This document shows positions 8,725 to 16,852 of a DNA stretch of 64,000 bases, piece by piece; within the stretch, counting starts at the first letter, position 1, and each line of letters opens with the position of its first letter. The notes beneath the pieces are model-generated. The model was not told the origin of the DNA. It saw nothing but the letters and a program-made list of their open reading frames with translations, and searched no databases. The DNA is from an uncultured Rhodospirillaceae bacterium (GTDB lineage Bacteria; Pseudomonadota; Alphaproteobacteria; UBA8366), in the NCBI GenBank assembly GCA_964585785.1, contig CAZPFL010000001.1:70097-134096 (forward strand), read 5' to 3'. The position numbers and the translations under genes were made by a program.

Positions 8725-9756
8725 ATGAGCGGCAAGAAGATGCGCTACGGGATCGGCATGCGGACGCAATACCCGCAAGGCGACGACATGGTGCAGCGGA
8801 CCGAGGACCAGATGGCGCAGGCCCGGCTCGCGGACAAACTGGGCTTCGACAGCCTGATGAAAAGCCAGCATCTCGCCGGGTATCCCTTGCAGGAATTCCA
8901 ACAGGTGCCGTTCCTGGCGCGCGCCATGTCGGAAGCGCCGAACCTGCGGCTCATCACCGGTATCGTTCTTCTGTCGTTGCACAAGCCGCTCGACCTCGCC
9001 GAGCAGCTTGCCACCATCGACGTGATGTCCGGCGGGCGGCTCATCTTCGGTGCCGGCCTCGGCTATCGCGAAGTGGAGTTCAAGGCTTTCGGCACGACCG
9101 CGAAAGACCGCGTGCCCCGCTTTGTCGAGAATCTCGAGGCGATCAAGCGGCTGTGGACCGAGGACGAGGTGACCATGAAGGGCTCGCATTTCGAGCTCGA
9201 CCATGTCCGCGTCTCGCTCAAGCCGGCGCAGAAGCCGACGCCGCCGATCTGGATCGGCGCCAACGCCGACGGCGCGATCAAGCGCGCCGCGAAGCTCGGC
9301 GACGCCTGGTTCATCAATCCGCACCAGAAGATGGAGACGATCGCCCGCCAGCTCGACATCTACCGCCGCGCGCTCGACGATCTCGGCAAGCCGTTTCCGA
9401 AAGAGCTGCCGCTGGCGCGCGAGATCTTCATCGCGTCCAGCAAGGACGCGGCGATGCAGCGCTGCGGGCGCTATCTCGCCGAGAAGTACAAGATCTATCA
9501 CGAGTGGGGCCAGGACACCGCGATGCCCGAGGGCGACAACGATTTGTCGCTGGCATTGGAGGAATTGCAGGAGGACCGATTCCTGCTCGGCCCTGCGGAC
9601 CAGATCGCCGAAAGCCTGATCCAGTACAACAAGCAGCTCGGCGTCAACCACATGGTGCTGCAATTCCATTGGGTCGGTATGCCGCAGGACCTCGTGCTGG
9701 AGCAGATGCAGATGTTCGCCGAAGAGGTCATGCCGAAGGTGGCGCAGGGCCTCTGA
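8725..9756 (+). CDS. Luciferase-like (LLM class) oxidoreductase, paralog 3
   Basis: The track ORF starts at a GTG at 8704. I trimmed it to the ATG at 8725 (MSGKKMRYGIGMRTQYPQGDDM), based on alignment with the paralogs and the upstream GGAAGGA. Confidence 0.8.
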   Translation: MSGKKMRYGIGMRTQYPQGDDMVQRTEDQMAQARLADKLGFDSLMKSQHLAGYPLQEFQQVPFLARAMSEAPNLRLITGIVLLSLHKPLDLAEQLATIDVMSGGRLIFGAGLGYREVEFKAFGTTAKDRVPRFVENLEAIKRLWTEDEVTMKGSHFELDHVRVSLKPAQKPTPPIWIGANADGAIKRAAKLGDAWFINPHQKMETIARQLDIYRRALDDLGKPFPKELPLAREIFIASSKDAAMQRCGRYLAEKYKIYHEWGQDTAMPEGDNDLSLALEELQEDRFLLGPADQIAESLIQYNKQLGVNHMVLQFHWVGMPQDLVLEQMQMFAEEVMPKVAQGL

Positions 9757-9793
9757 CCGGCGCGCGAGAAAAATGGAACGGGAGTAACGCTCG

Positions 9794-10810
9794 ATGAAGT
9801 ACGGATTTTTCATTCGCGGGCAGTATCGCCAAGGCGACGACATGGTGGCCCGGTTCAAGGAGCTGATGGAACAGGCGCGGCTCGCCGACAAGCTGGGTTT
9901 CTCGGACCTGCTCACCGGCATGCATTACGCGAGCTATCCGCTGAGCCAGTTCCAACTCATCCCCTTCCTGTCGCGCGTGATGGTCGAGGCGCCGAATATG
10001 CGCATCGTGACCGGCATCATCCTGCTGTCGCTGCACAAGCCGCTCGATATCGCCGAGCAGCTCGCGACGATCGACGTGATGTCGGAAGGCCGCCTGGTGT
10101 TCGGCTCGGGGCTCGGCTACCGCGATGTTGAGTTCAAGGGCTTCGGCACGAACCAGAAAGAGCGCGTGCCGCGGCTAATCGAGAATCTCGAGGCGATCAA
10201 GAGGCTGTGGACCGAAGACCACGTCAACATGAAGGGCTCGCATTTCGAGCTTGCGGATTGCACGCTTGCGCTCAAGCCGTTGCAGAAGCCGACGCCGCCG
10301 ATCTGGCTCGGCGCGAACGCCGATGGCGCGGTGCGGCGTGCGGCGAAGCTGGCCGACACCTGGTTCATCAACCCGCACCAGCGCATGGACACGATCGAGC
10401 GCCAGCTCAGCATCTACAAGCAGGCGCTGGCCGAGTTCGATAAGCCCTTCCCGAAGGAGTTGCCGCTGATGCGCGAGATCTTCGTCGCCAAATCGCGCGA
10501 CGAAGCGGTGCGTCTCGCCCGGCCCTATCTCGAGGAGAAGTACAAGGTCTATCACGAGTGGGGCCAGGACAAGGCGATGCCCAAGGGCGACGATGACCTG
10601 TCGCTCGACTTCGACGAGCTGACGCGTGACCGCTTCCTGTTCGGCTCGCCCGACGAGGTCGCCGAGCAGATTATCGGCTACAACAAACGGCTCGGCATCA
10701 CCCATCTGATGCTCGGCCTACATTGGGTCGGCATGCCGCAGAGCCAGGTCACCGACAGCATGCATCTGTTCGCCGAGGAGGTCATGCCCAAGGTGAAGCA
10801 GGCGCTCTGA
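9794..10810 (+). CDS. Luciferase-like (LLM class) oxidoreductase, paralog 4
   Basis: 338 aa, MKYGFFIRGQYRQGDDM..., with the same conserved blocks. Confidence 0.85.
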   Translation: MKYGFFIRGQYRQGDDMVARFKELMEQARLADKLGFSDLLTGMHYASYPLSQFQLIPFLSRVMVEAPNMRIVTGIILLSLHKPLDIAEQLATIDVMSEGRLVFGSGLGYRDVEFKGFGTNQKERVPRLIENLEAIKRLWTEDHVNMKGSHFELADCTLALKPLQKPTPPIWLGANADGAVRRAAKLADTWFINPHQRMDTIERQLSIYKQALAEFDKPFPKELPLMREIFVAKSRDEAVRLARPYLEEKYKVYHEWGQDKAMPKGDDDLSLDFDELTRDRFLFGSPDEVAEQIIGYNKRLGITHLMLGLHWVGMPQSQVTDSMHLFAEEVMPKVKQAL

Positions 10811-10829
10811 CCGCGGCGGATCTGCCGCA

Positions 10830-11900
10830 TCAGAAGCGCAGCGAGAGCGCGAGCGACCCGAAGTCGTCGAAGCCCTTCTGGCCGTGGAACTCCGGCGAGC
10901 GGAAGTCCTGGGTGTAGGAGACGCGGAAGCGCTGGAAGGTGACGGCGACGCCCGCCTGAAAGTCTGCGACGACGGGAATCTTATCGACGCTGCGGCTGTC
11001 GGCGAAGGTGTTGCCGTCGAGGAAGATGTTGCGGCCAACCACGCGTCCCTCGACCCCGCCGAAGAAGTACCAGCCGAAGTTATCCTCGGGCAGGAAGAAA
11101 TCGGATCCGGGCAGGTTGGGACGGATCTTGGGCGGTCCGTAATCCGCCGGTAGGTCCTTGCCGAACCGGCCCATGAACCCGGCGGCGCCATATGTCATGA
11201 CATTGCCGAGCGCGACGCCGGCATGGGGCGTGAAATCGAACGCCAGATGCTGGATCGGAATGATCTTGGAAACCGGCAGCTCGAACAGGCTGCGGCGGCT
11301 GCGCTCGTAATAAAGCTCGAGACCGGGCTCGGTCTTCAGCTGATAGTCCCAGCCGCGCGGTTTCTTGAAGCCGAAGATCCGGTGCCATTCGGTCTGTGTC
11401 TGCCGGGCGAAGGAATAGGGCCCGACGATGCCGAGCTCGACGTCGAGCTTGTCGAGCCAGGTGCCGCTGTCGGAAACGAGGCCCAGCCCGCCATAGAGCC
11501 AGCCTGCATAGGGCCGGTCCTTGGTCGATGGAACGGCCAAAGTGGTATCCGCGGGCGTGTAGATGTTCTGCCCGATCGAGAAGCTGAACCGCATGTTGTA
11601 GGTCGTCTTGAACAGCGGCAGGATCTCGCCGAGCCGGCGCATGGGCGCCGGGACCGCGCCCTCCGGCGACAGGTAGGCCGCGCGCATGCCGTTGGTGAAA
11701 TGCTTGTCGCTGCCGCCGAAGAAATCGTTGTCGAATTGCAGCGTCACGAAGCTGGACGGATCGAGCGGCTTTTTCGCCTTTTCCGGCGGGTCGTCTGCTT
11801 TAGCCGCAGCGATGCTTGCCAGCGTGATCGCTGCGGACAGCAGAAGCGACAGCAGGCTCTGGGATGTTCGGTGTGGCAAGGGCGCCCTGTTGAACGGCAT
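10830..11900 (-). CDS. LpxR-family (DUF2219) outer-membrane beta-barrel protein, lipid A 3-O-deacylase-like
   Basis: It has a signal peptide (LLSLLLSAAITLASIAAAKA/DD). The block FVTLQFDNDFFGGSDKHFTNG resembles the LpxR family. The C-terminus ...ALSLRF is a terminal-Phe barrel signature. Its start is 5 nt after the fbiC stop. Confidence 0.65.
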   Translation of the reverse strand: MPFNRAPLPHRTSQSLLSLLLSAAITLASIAAAKADDPPEKAKKPLDPSSFVTLQFDNDFFGGSDKHFTNGMRAAYLSPEGAVPAPMRRLGEILPLFKTTYNMRFSFSIGQNIYTPADTTLAVPSTKDRPYAGWLYGGLGLVSDSGTWLDKLDVELGIVGPYSFARQTQTEWHRIFGFKKPRGWDYQLKTEPGLELYYERSRRSLFELPVSKIIPIQHLAFDFTPHAGVALGNVMTYGAAGFMGRFGKDLPADYGPPKIRPNLPGSDFFLPEDNFGWYFFGGVEGRVVGRNIFLDGNTFADSRSVDKIPVVADFQAGVAVTFQRFRVSYTQDFRSPEFHGQKGFDDFGSLALSLRF

Positions 11901-11905
11901 GCAGT

Positions 11906-14356
11906 TTATTCGGCGGCGTCTAGTCCTGGTCTGACCAGTGGGGTCTGGGCATCATCCGGTCGCTCGTAGCGCACGGCGCGCGGCAGGACGACCGGCGCGA
12001 GCGCATCGGCGCCGAAGGACGCGGACACGCGCTCTTCCGGCACGTCCTGATAGAGCGTCGTTCGCTGTTTCGGCGTTCGGCCGGCGGCGCGGATCAAGGC
12101 TTCCATCGCCTCGGGCGGCATCTCCTCGCCATGGGATGCGCCGGCCGCGCGGGTGATGGTTTCGTTCATCAGCGTGCCGCCGAGGTCGTTCGCGCCGGCG
12201 TTGAGGCAAGCCCGCACGCCGTCGGGTCCCATCTTCACCCAGGAGGCCTGCACATTGCGGAAATGCGGATGCAGCGCCAGCCGCGCGACCGCGTGCATCA
12301 GCACGCCTTCGCGGAAGGTCGGACCGTGCCGCGCCTTGCCTTTGAGGAAGATCGGCGCCTCCATGGCGACGAAGGGCAGCGGCACGAACTCGGTGAAGCC
12401 GCCGGTCCGCATCTGCAGCGCGCGCAGGCGCAGCAGATGACGGGCCCAGTTCTCCGGCCCGTCGACATGGCCGAACATGATCGTCGCCGTGCTGCGCAGG
12501 CCAACGCGATGCGCCGTCTCCATGACCGAGAGCCACTGCTCGGTGTTGACCTTGTCCGGGCAGATGATCGCGCGGATCTCATCGTCCAGGATCTCCGCCG
12601 CCGTGCCGGGTAAGGTGCCGAGCCCGGCGTCGTACAATTCCTGAAGAAAGGTCTCGACGCTCTTGCCCAGCGTCTTCGCGCCCTGCCAGATCTCAAGCGG
12701 CGTGAAGGCGTGCAAGTGCATGTCAGGCAGCACGGATTTGAGTCGCCGGCAGATGTCGAGATAGGTCTCGCCCGTGTAGTCGGGATGGATGCCGCCCTGC
12801 AGGCAGAGCTCGGTCGCGCCGCGCTGCCACGCCTCGCGGCCGCGCCGCTCGATCTCGTCGAGGCCCAGGTCGTAAGGCTTGCCGCGCAAATTCTCGCTCA
12901 GCTTCCCTTTGGAGAAGGCGCAGAACTGGCAGCGGAAATAGCAGACGTTGGTGTAGTTGATGTTGCGATTGACGACATAGGTGACCGTGTCGCCGTTGAC
13001 CGCGCGGCGCAGCCGGTCGGCCGCGGCGCAGACCTCGGCGAATTCGCGGCCGCGCGCGTGGAAGAGCCGGACGATCTCGGCCTCGTCCAGCGTCTCGCCG
13101 GCCGACGCCTTGTCGAGGATCGCGCGGAAGCCGGCATCCACCGCGCCAACGCCGGGCGCGAGGTCGGGCGGCGCGCCGGGCGTGCCCGTCGACCAGGTCT
13201 CGGCGCGGGCGAAGCCGTCCGTGTCGATCGCGCGCACGACCGGCGTGCGGAAACGCGCGTCGATCCAATCTTCGGCCTTTCGGGCATAGGCGGGATAAAG
13301 GGCGAGGCGCTCGGTCAGCAGCTTGCCTGCCCCCGCCGTCTCGCGGGCCAGCGCGTCGAGATGCGGCCAGGGCGCTTCCGGGTTGACGTGGTCGGGGGTC
13401 ACCGGCGAGACCCCGCCCCAGTCGTTGATGCCCGCGCCGACCAGCTTCGGCAGGACGCCCGGGCTCAGATTCGGCGGCGCCTGGATATTCATCTCCGGCC
13501 CGAAGACGAGGCGCGCCACGGCGATGGTCCACAAGAGCTCGTCGAGGTCGGGCTCGGGCGCATCGGCCATGCGGGTGCCCGACTTGGCGCGGAAGTTCTG
13601 GATGATGATTTCCTGCACGTGTCCGTAACGCTCGTGCAGGTCGCGGAGTTCCAGCAAGGATTCGATTCTTTCGCGCCGTGTCTCCCCGATGCCGATCAGG
13701 ATGCCCGAGGTGAACGGCACTCGAAGCTCGCCGGCAAGCCGGATCGTCTCGAGCCGCGCCGCGGGATGCTTGTCCGGCGAGCCGTAATGCGGGCCGCCTT
13801 TCGCGCAGAGCCGGGGCGCCGCGCTCTCCAGCATCAGTCCCTGTGAAATCGAGACCGCGCGCAGCCGCACGATGTCGTCTTTCGTCAGGACCCCGGGATT
13901 GACATGCGGGAACAGACCCGTTTCTTCGAACACGGCGCGCGCCATCTCTTCGAGGTAGGAAATCGTCGTGTCATGGCCGAGGGCCGCCAGCTCCTGGCGC
14001 GCGATCTCGTAGCGCAGCTCCGGCTTGTCGCCGAGGGTGAACAGCGCTTCCTTGCAGCCCGCGGCGGCGCCGGCGCGCGCGACGGCCAGCACCTCGTCCC
14101 GCGTCATGTAGGCGCGCTGTCCTTTGCGGGGCGGGTGCGCGAAGGTGCAGTAATGGCAGACGTCGCGGCAGAGCTGGGTCAGCGGAATGAAGACCTTGCG
14201 GGAATAGCTGAACGCAACCGGATGTCCCTTGTCGCGCAATCCGGCGGCCGCGGCGGTCAGCGTGGCGGTGTCGTTGACGTCGGCGAGCGCCAGCGCGGCT
14301 GCGCGGTCGAGCCGGCCGCTCGTCGTCACGGTCTTCTCCGCGAAATCGCCGCTCAT
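11906..14356 (-). CDS. fbiC: FO synthase, bifunctional CofG/CofH (7,8-didemethyl-8-hydroxy-5-deazariboflavin synthase)
   Basis: About 816 aa with two radical-SAM Cys motifs (CRDVCHYCTF and CYFRCQFCAF). The ORF was trimmed to the ATG at 14356, which forms an ATGA overlap with the cofC stop. Confidence 0.9.
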   Translation of the reverse strand: MSGDFAEKTVTTSGRLDRAAALALADVNDTATLTAAAAGLRDKGHPVAFSYSRKVFIPLTQLCRDVCHYCTFAHPPRKGQRAYMTRDEVLAVARAGAAAGCKEALFTLGDKPELRYEIARQELAALGHDTTISYLEEMARAVFEETGLFPHVNPGVLTKDDIVRLRAVSISQGLMLESAAPRLCAKGGPHYGSPDKHPAARLETIRLAGELRVPFTSGILIGIGETRRERIESLLELRDLHERYGHVQEIIIQNFRAKSGTRMADAPEPDLDELLWTIAVARLVFGPEMNIQAPPNLSPGVLPKLVGAGINDWGGVSPVTPDHVNPEAPWPHLDALARETAGAGKLLTERLALYPAYARKAEDWIDARFRTPVVRAIDTDGFARAETWSTGTPGAPPDLAPGVGAVDAGFRAILDKASAGETLDEAEIVRLFHARGREFAEVCAAADRLRRAVNGDTVTYVVNRNINYTNVCYFRCQFCAFSKGKLSENLRGKPYDLGLDEIERRGREAWQRGATELCLQGGIHPDYTGETYLDICRRLKSVLPDMHLHAFTPLEIWQGAKTLGKSVETFLQELYDAGLGTLPGTAAEILDDEIRAIICPDKVNTEQWLSVMETAHRVGLRSTATIMFGHVDGPENWARHLLRLRALQMRTGGFTEFVPLPFVAMEAPIFLKGKARHGPTFREGVLMHAVARLALHPHFRNVQASWVKMGPDGVRACLNAGANDLGGTLMNETITRAAGASHGEEMPPEAMEALIRAAGRTPKQRTTLYQDVPEERVSASFGADALAPVVLPRAVRYERPDDAQTPLVRPGLDAAE

Positions 14357-15033
14357 GAACCGGCGCCTCCGGCCCGCCGCGGTTCGTCGCAAAGTCGCGC
14401 CGCGATGCCGCTCGACTCGAGATAGGCATGCGTGCGCGTCGCGCCGCCCCGCTCGATCAGCATGCGGAGATCGTCCGGCATATCGATGTCGAGCGCGATG
14501 CCCGGCAGGTCGATGATCCGGGGCTCGATCCCGCGCTCGCGGGCGGCGGCGAGGTGCGGCTGGAAGCTGTCGTTGCCGAAGCTGAAGGGGATGAGCCCCG
14601 GAGGCGAGAGGGCGATGCAGTTCGAGCCGCGGCGGTCATGCGCCGGCACGATGGTCATGCCCGGCGCTGCGTCATGGGCGGCGAGCACGGCATCGATTTC
14701 GGCCGCGGTAATCAGCGGCGTGTCGCCGGGCACCGTGACCATGCCTTTGGCGCCCTCTGCCTTGAGTTCCGCTGCCGCGCGCTCGATCGCGGCGGTCTGG
14801 CCCTGGTTTTCCGGCTCCTCGATCAGGCGCGCGCCATAGGCGCGGGCGACGGCGGCCGCTTCCGGGTCGCGCGTCACCACGACGATGCCTTCCAGCGCCT
14901 CGGCCCGCGACACCGCCGTCAGCACGTCCTCATACATGGTCCGGAACAGCAAACGGCGCTCCGCGGGACTCAGCGCGCCGGCGAGCCGCTGCTTCGCGTC
15001 CACGAGATCTTTTGCCGGCAGCACCGCCCACAT
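14353..15033 (-). CDS. cofC: 2-phospho-L-lactate (or PEP/3-PG) guanylyltransferase CofC/FbiD
   Basis: 226 aa. MWAVLPAKDLVDAKQRL...VPGDTPL...DIDMPDDL is the typical CofC layout, and the gene sits inside the F420 cluster. Confidence 0.85.
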   Translation of the reverse strand: MWAVLPAKDLVDAKQRLAGALSPAERRLLFRTMYEDVLTAVSRAEALEGIVVVTRDPEAAAVARAYGARLIEEPENQGQTAAIERAAAELKAEGAKGMVTVPGDTPLITAAEIDAVLAAHDAAPGMTIVPAHDRRGSNCIALSPPGLIPFSFGNDSFQPHLAAARERGIEPRIIDLPGIALDIDMPDDLRMLIERGGATRTHAYLESSGIAARLCDEPRRAGGAGS

Positions 15034-15110
15034 GCCAGGATTCCTTGTTTGGTGCGGTCAATTGGCGAGGCCCGGACTATAGCAGGGAGAGCCGGAGGGG
15101 GGCCAGTGGG

Positions 15111-16082
15111 CTAACGGGTGACCGAGCGCGCGACGGTTTGCGCGAAGTCGAGCACCTCGCGGGCGAGCCGGATCTTGTCGTCGAGGGTCCGCATGATCGT
15201 GCCTGTTATGTGGACGGCGATGCCGCGCTCCCGAATGGCGTCCGCGCTATCGGCGTCGCAGGCGTCGAGAATCAAGCCGTCGATCAGCCCGCGGTAATGC
15301 TCGGCGACCTCGACGGTGCCGCTGGCCAGCCCGAGCTCGGTCATCATCTTGGCGGTCGGCCCTTTGATCGCCCGGCCGCCGACGATCGGCGAGACCGCGA
15401 CGACAGGCGCGCCGCAGCCTCGCAGCGCCTGGCGGACGCCCGGTATCGCCAGGATCGGATCGATGCTGATGAAGGGGTTGGACGGGCAGATCACGATGGC
15501 GTCGAGCGCGTTCTTCAACGCCGCGGCAAAGGCCGGCGCCGGCTTCGCCGTGTCCGCGCCCTCGAAGCGAAAGCCGGTGACGTGCGGCGCGCACTGTTCG
15601 CGCACGAAATAATGCTGGAAGGGCAGCGGGCCGTCCGGGGTCTCGACGACGGTGCGGACCGACTGGTCGCTCATCGGTGCGACGCTCGGCCGCACGCCGA
15701 GACGCCGGCCGATGTCTTGGGTGACGGCGCTAAGCGTCTCGCCGGCCGCGACCCGCCGCGTGCGCTCCATATGGAGGGCGAGGTCACGGTCGCCGAGGCG
15801 GAACCAGGTCTCGCCGCCGAGCGCGGCAAGCGTCTCCATGAAATGCCAGCTTTCGTCGGCGCGGCCCCATCCGGTTTCCGGATTGGCGATCCCGGCCAGG
15901 GTGTAGGTGACGGTGTCGATGTCGGGGCAGACCAGCAGGCCGAGATGCTCGAAGTCGTCGCCGGTGTTGGCGACGACCAGAAGGTCTTCCGGCGGCAGGA
16001 CATGCGCCAGCCCGAGCGCGAGCTTGGCGCCGCCCACCCCGCCGGACAGCGCGAGGCAGCGTTGTCCTGCCCCCGTCGTCAT
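15111..16082 (-). CDS. cofD: 2-phospho-L-lactate transferase CofD/FbiA
   Basis: 323 aa, with LSGGVGGAKL, NTGDDFEHLGL.VCPDIDT and ICPSNPF.SI.PIL. Confidence 0.9.
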   Translation of the reverse strand: MTTGAGQRCLALSGGVGGAKLALGLAHVLPPEDLLVVANTGDDFEHLGLLVCPDIDTVTYTLAGIANPETGWGRADESWHFMETLAALGGETWFRLGDRDLALHMERTRRVAAGETLSAVTQDIGRRLGVRPSVAPMSDQSVRTVVETPDGPLPFQHYFVREQCAPHVTGFRFEGADTAKPAPAFAAALKNALDAIVICPSNPFISIDPILAIPGVRQALRGCGAPVVAVSPIVGGRAIKGPTAKMMTELGLASGTVEVAEHYRGLIDGLILDACDADSADAIRERGIAVHITGTIMRTLDDKIRLAREVLDFAQTVARSVTR

Positions 16083-16852
16083 CGGAACAGGTCCTCGTCC
16101 TCGCTCCGGATCAGGTCGGCCGCCTGCTGGTCGGCGGCTTCCGGCGCCATGCCGCGGATCAGCGCCACCGGCGTGCCTTCCGCCGCCTCGCCCTGCACCA
16201 GGGCCGCGGCGGCGGCAAGCTCGTCGGCAAGGCCGACCTGGGAGACGCGCAGCGTCCGGCCGAACAGGTCGGTCGCACCGCGCAGGTCGAGCAGCGTGGT
16301 CAGGCCGGCCGCGCCCAGCGCCGTGCCGATCGTGCCGTGCCGCCAGGCGCGGCCCAGGCTGTCGTTGATGATCACGGTCGGCGCCACCCCCGTCACCCCC
16401 CGTAGCCGCCGCCGGAGATCGCGGCAGCTGCGGTCCGGGTCCTCCGGCAGCAACAGTACGCGCTCGCCGGCCGCCGGGTCGGGCTCGACATTCGAAGCGT
16501 CGATACCCGCATTGGCGAGCACGTAGCCGTGGCGGTGCTGGACGATCAGCAGGTTGGGGCGGTGCCGCACGACGCGGACGGATTCACGCAGAATCAGCTC
16601 GACGAGGCGCGCGTCCTTGCCCGTCTTCTCGGCGAGATCCTTCGCTTCCGCGCTCGGCTCGACGGCAGCCAGCGCCGCGTAACGGCCTTCGGCCTTGGAG
16701 ACAATCTTCTGCGCTACGACCAGCGTGTCGCCGGCGCGGAGAGCGATGTTGGTGCGGTCGAGTCCGGCCACGATGAGCGCGGCGAGATCGTCGCCCGGCT
16801 GCACCAGCGGCATGCCGGGGAGGGCGGTAATCTCCAGACGGCGGGGTGTCAC
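16079..16852 (-). CDS. cofE: F420-0:gamma-glutamyl ligase CofE (stand-alone, about 257 aa)
   Basis: The ORF 16079..17056 was trimmed to the GTG at 16852 (VTPRRLEITALPGMPLVQPGDDL...VVAQKIVSKAEGR...ANAGIDASN), giving a GTGA overlap with the fno stop. The Arg-rich N-terminal extension in the track overlaps fno and is not credible. Confidence 0.85.
   Translation of the reverse strand: MTPRRLEITALPGMPLVQPGDDLAALIVAGLDRTNIALRAGDTLVVAQKIVSKAEGRYAALAAVEPSAEAKDLAEKTGKDARLVELILRESVRVVRHRPNLLIVQHRHGYVLANAGIDASNVEPDPAAGERVLLLPEDPDRSCRDLRRRLRGVTGVAPTVIINDSLGRAWRHGTIGTALGAAGLTTLLDLRGATDLFGRTLRVSQVGLADELAAAAALVQGEAAEGTPVALIRGMAPEAADQQAADLIRSEDEDLFR

Larger units (their letters stand above)
6623..10810 (+). 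repeat. Tandem array of four paralogous LLM-class oxidoreductase genes (about 1.04 kb per unit)
   Basis: There are four consecutive same-strand genes of 340, 341, 343 and 338 aa, separated by 17-37 nt. They share nucleotide blocks such as atcaagcggctgtggacc, aagggctcgcatttcgagct and ccgccgatctgg. They share protein blocks AIKRLWT, MKGSHFEL, PPIW.GANAD, YHEWGQD and GSPDEV. Confidence 0.85.

Noticed and set aside
6955-10413. Four small antisense ORFs (6955..7236, 8014..8268, 9063..9359, 10117..10413) sharing conserved peptides such as SSKCEPFM.T...VHS.LIA.RFS.
   Set aside because: Their conservation is a by-product of being antisense to the most conserved block (AIKRLWT...MKGSHFEL) of the four LLM paralogs. 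They have no independent start context, and their composition is that of a reverse-frame shadow.
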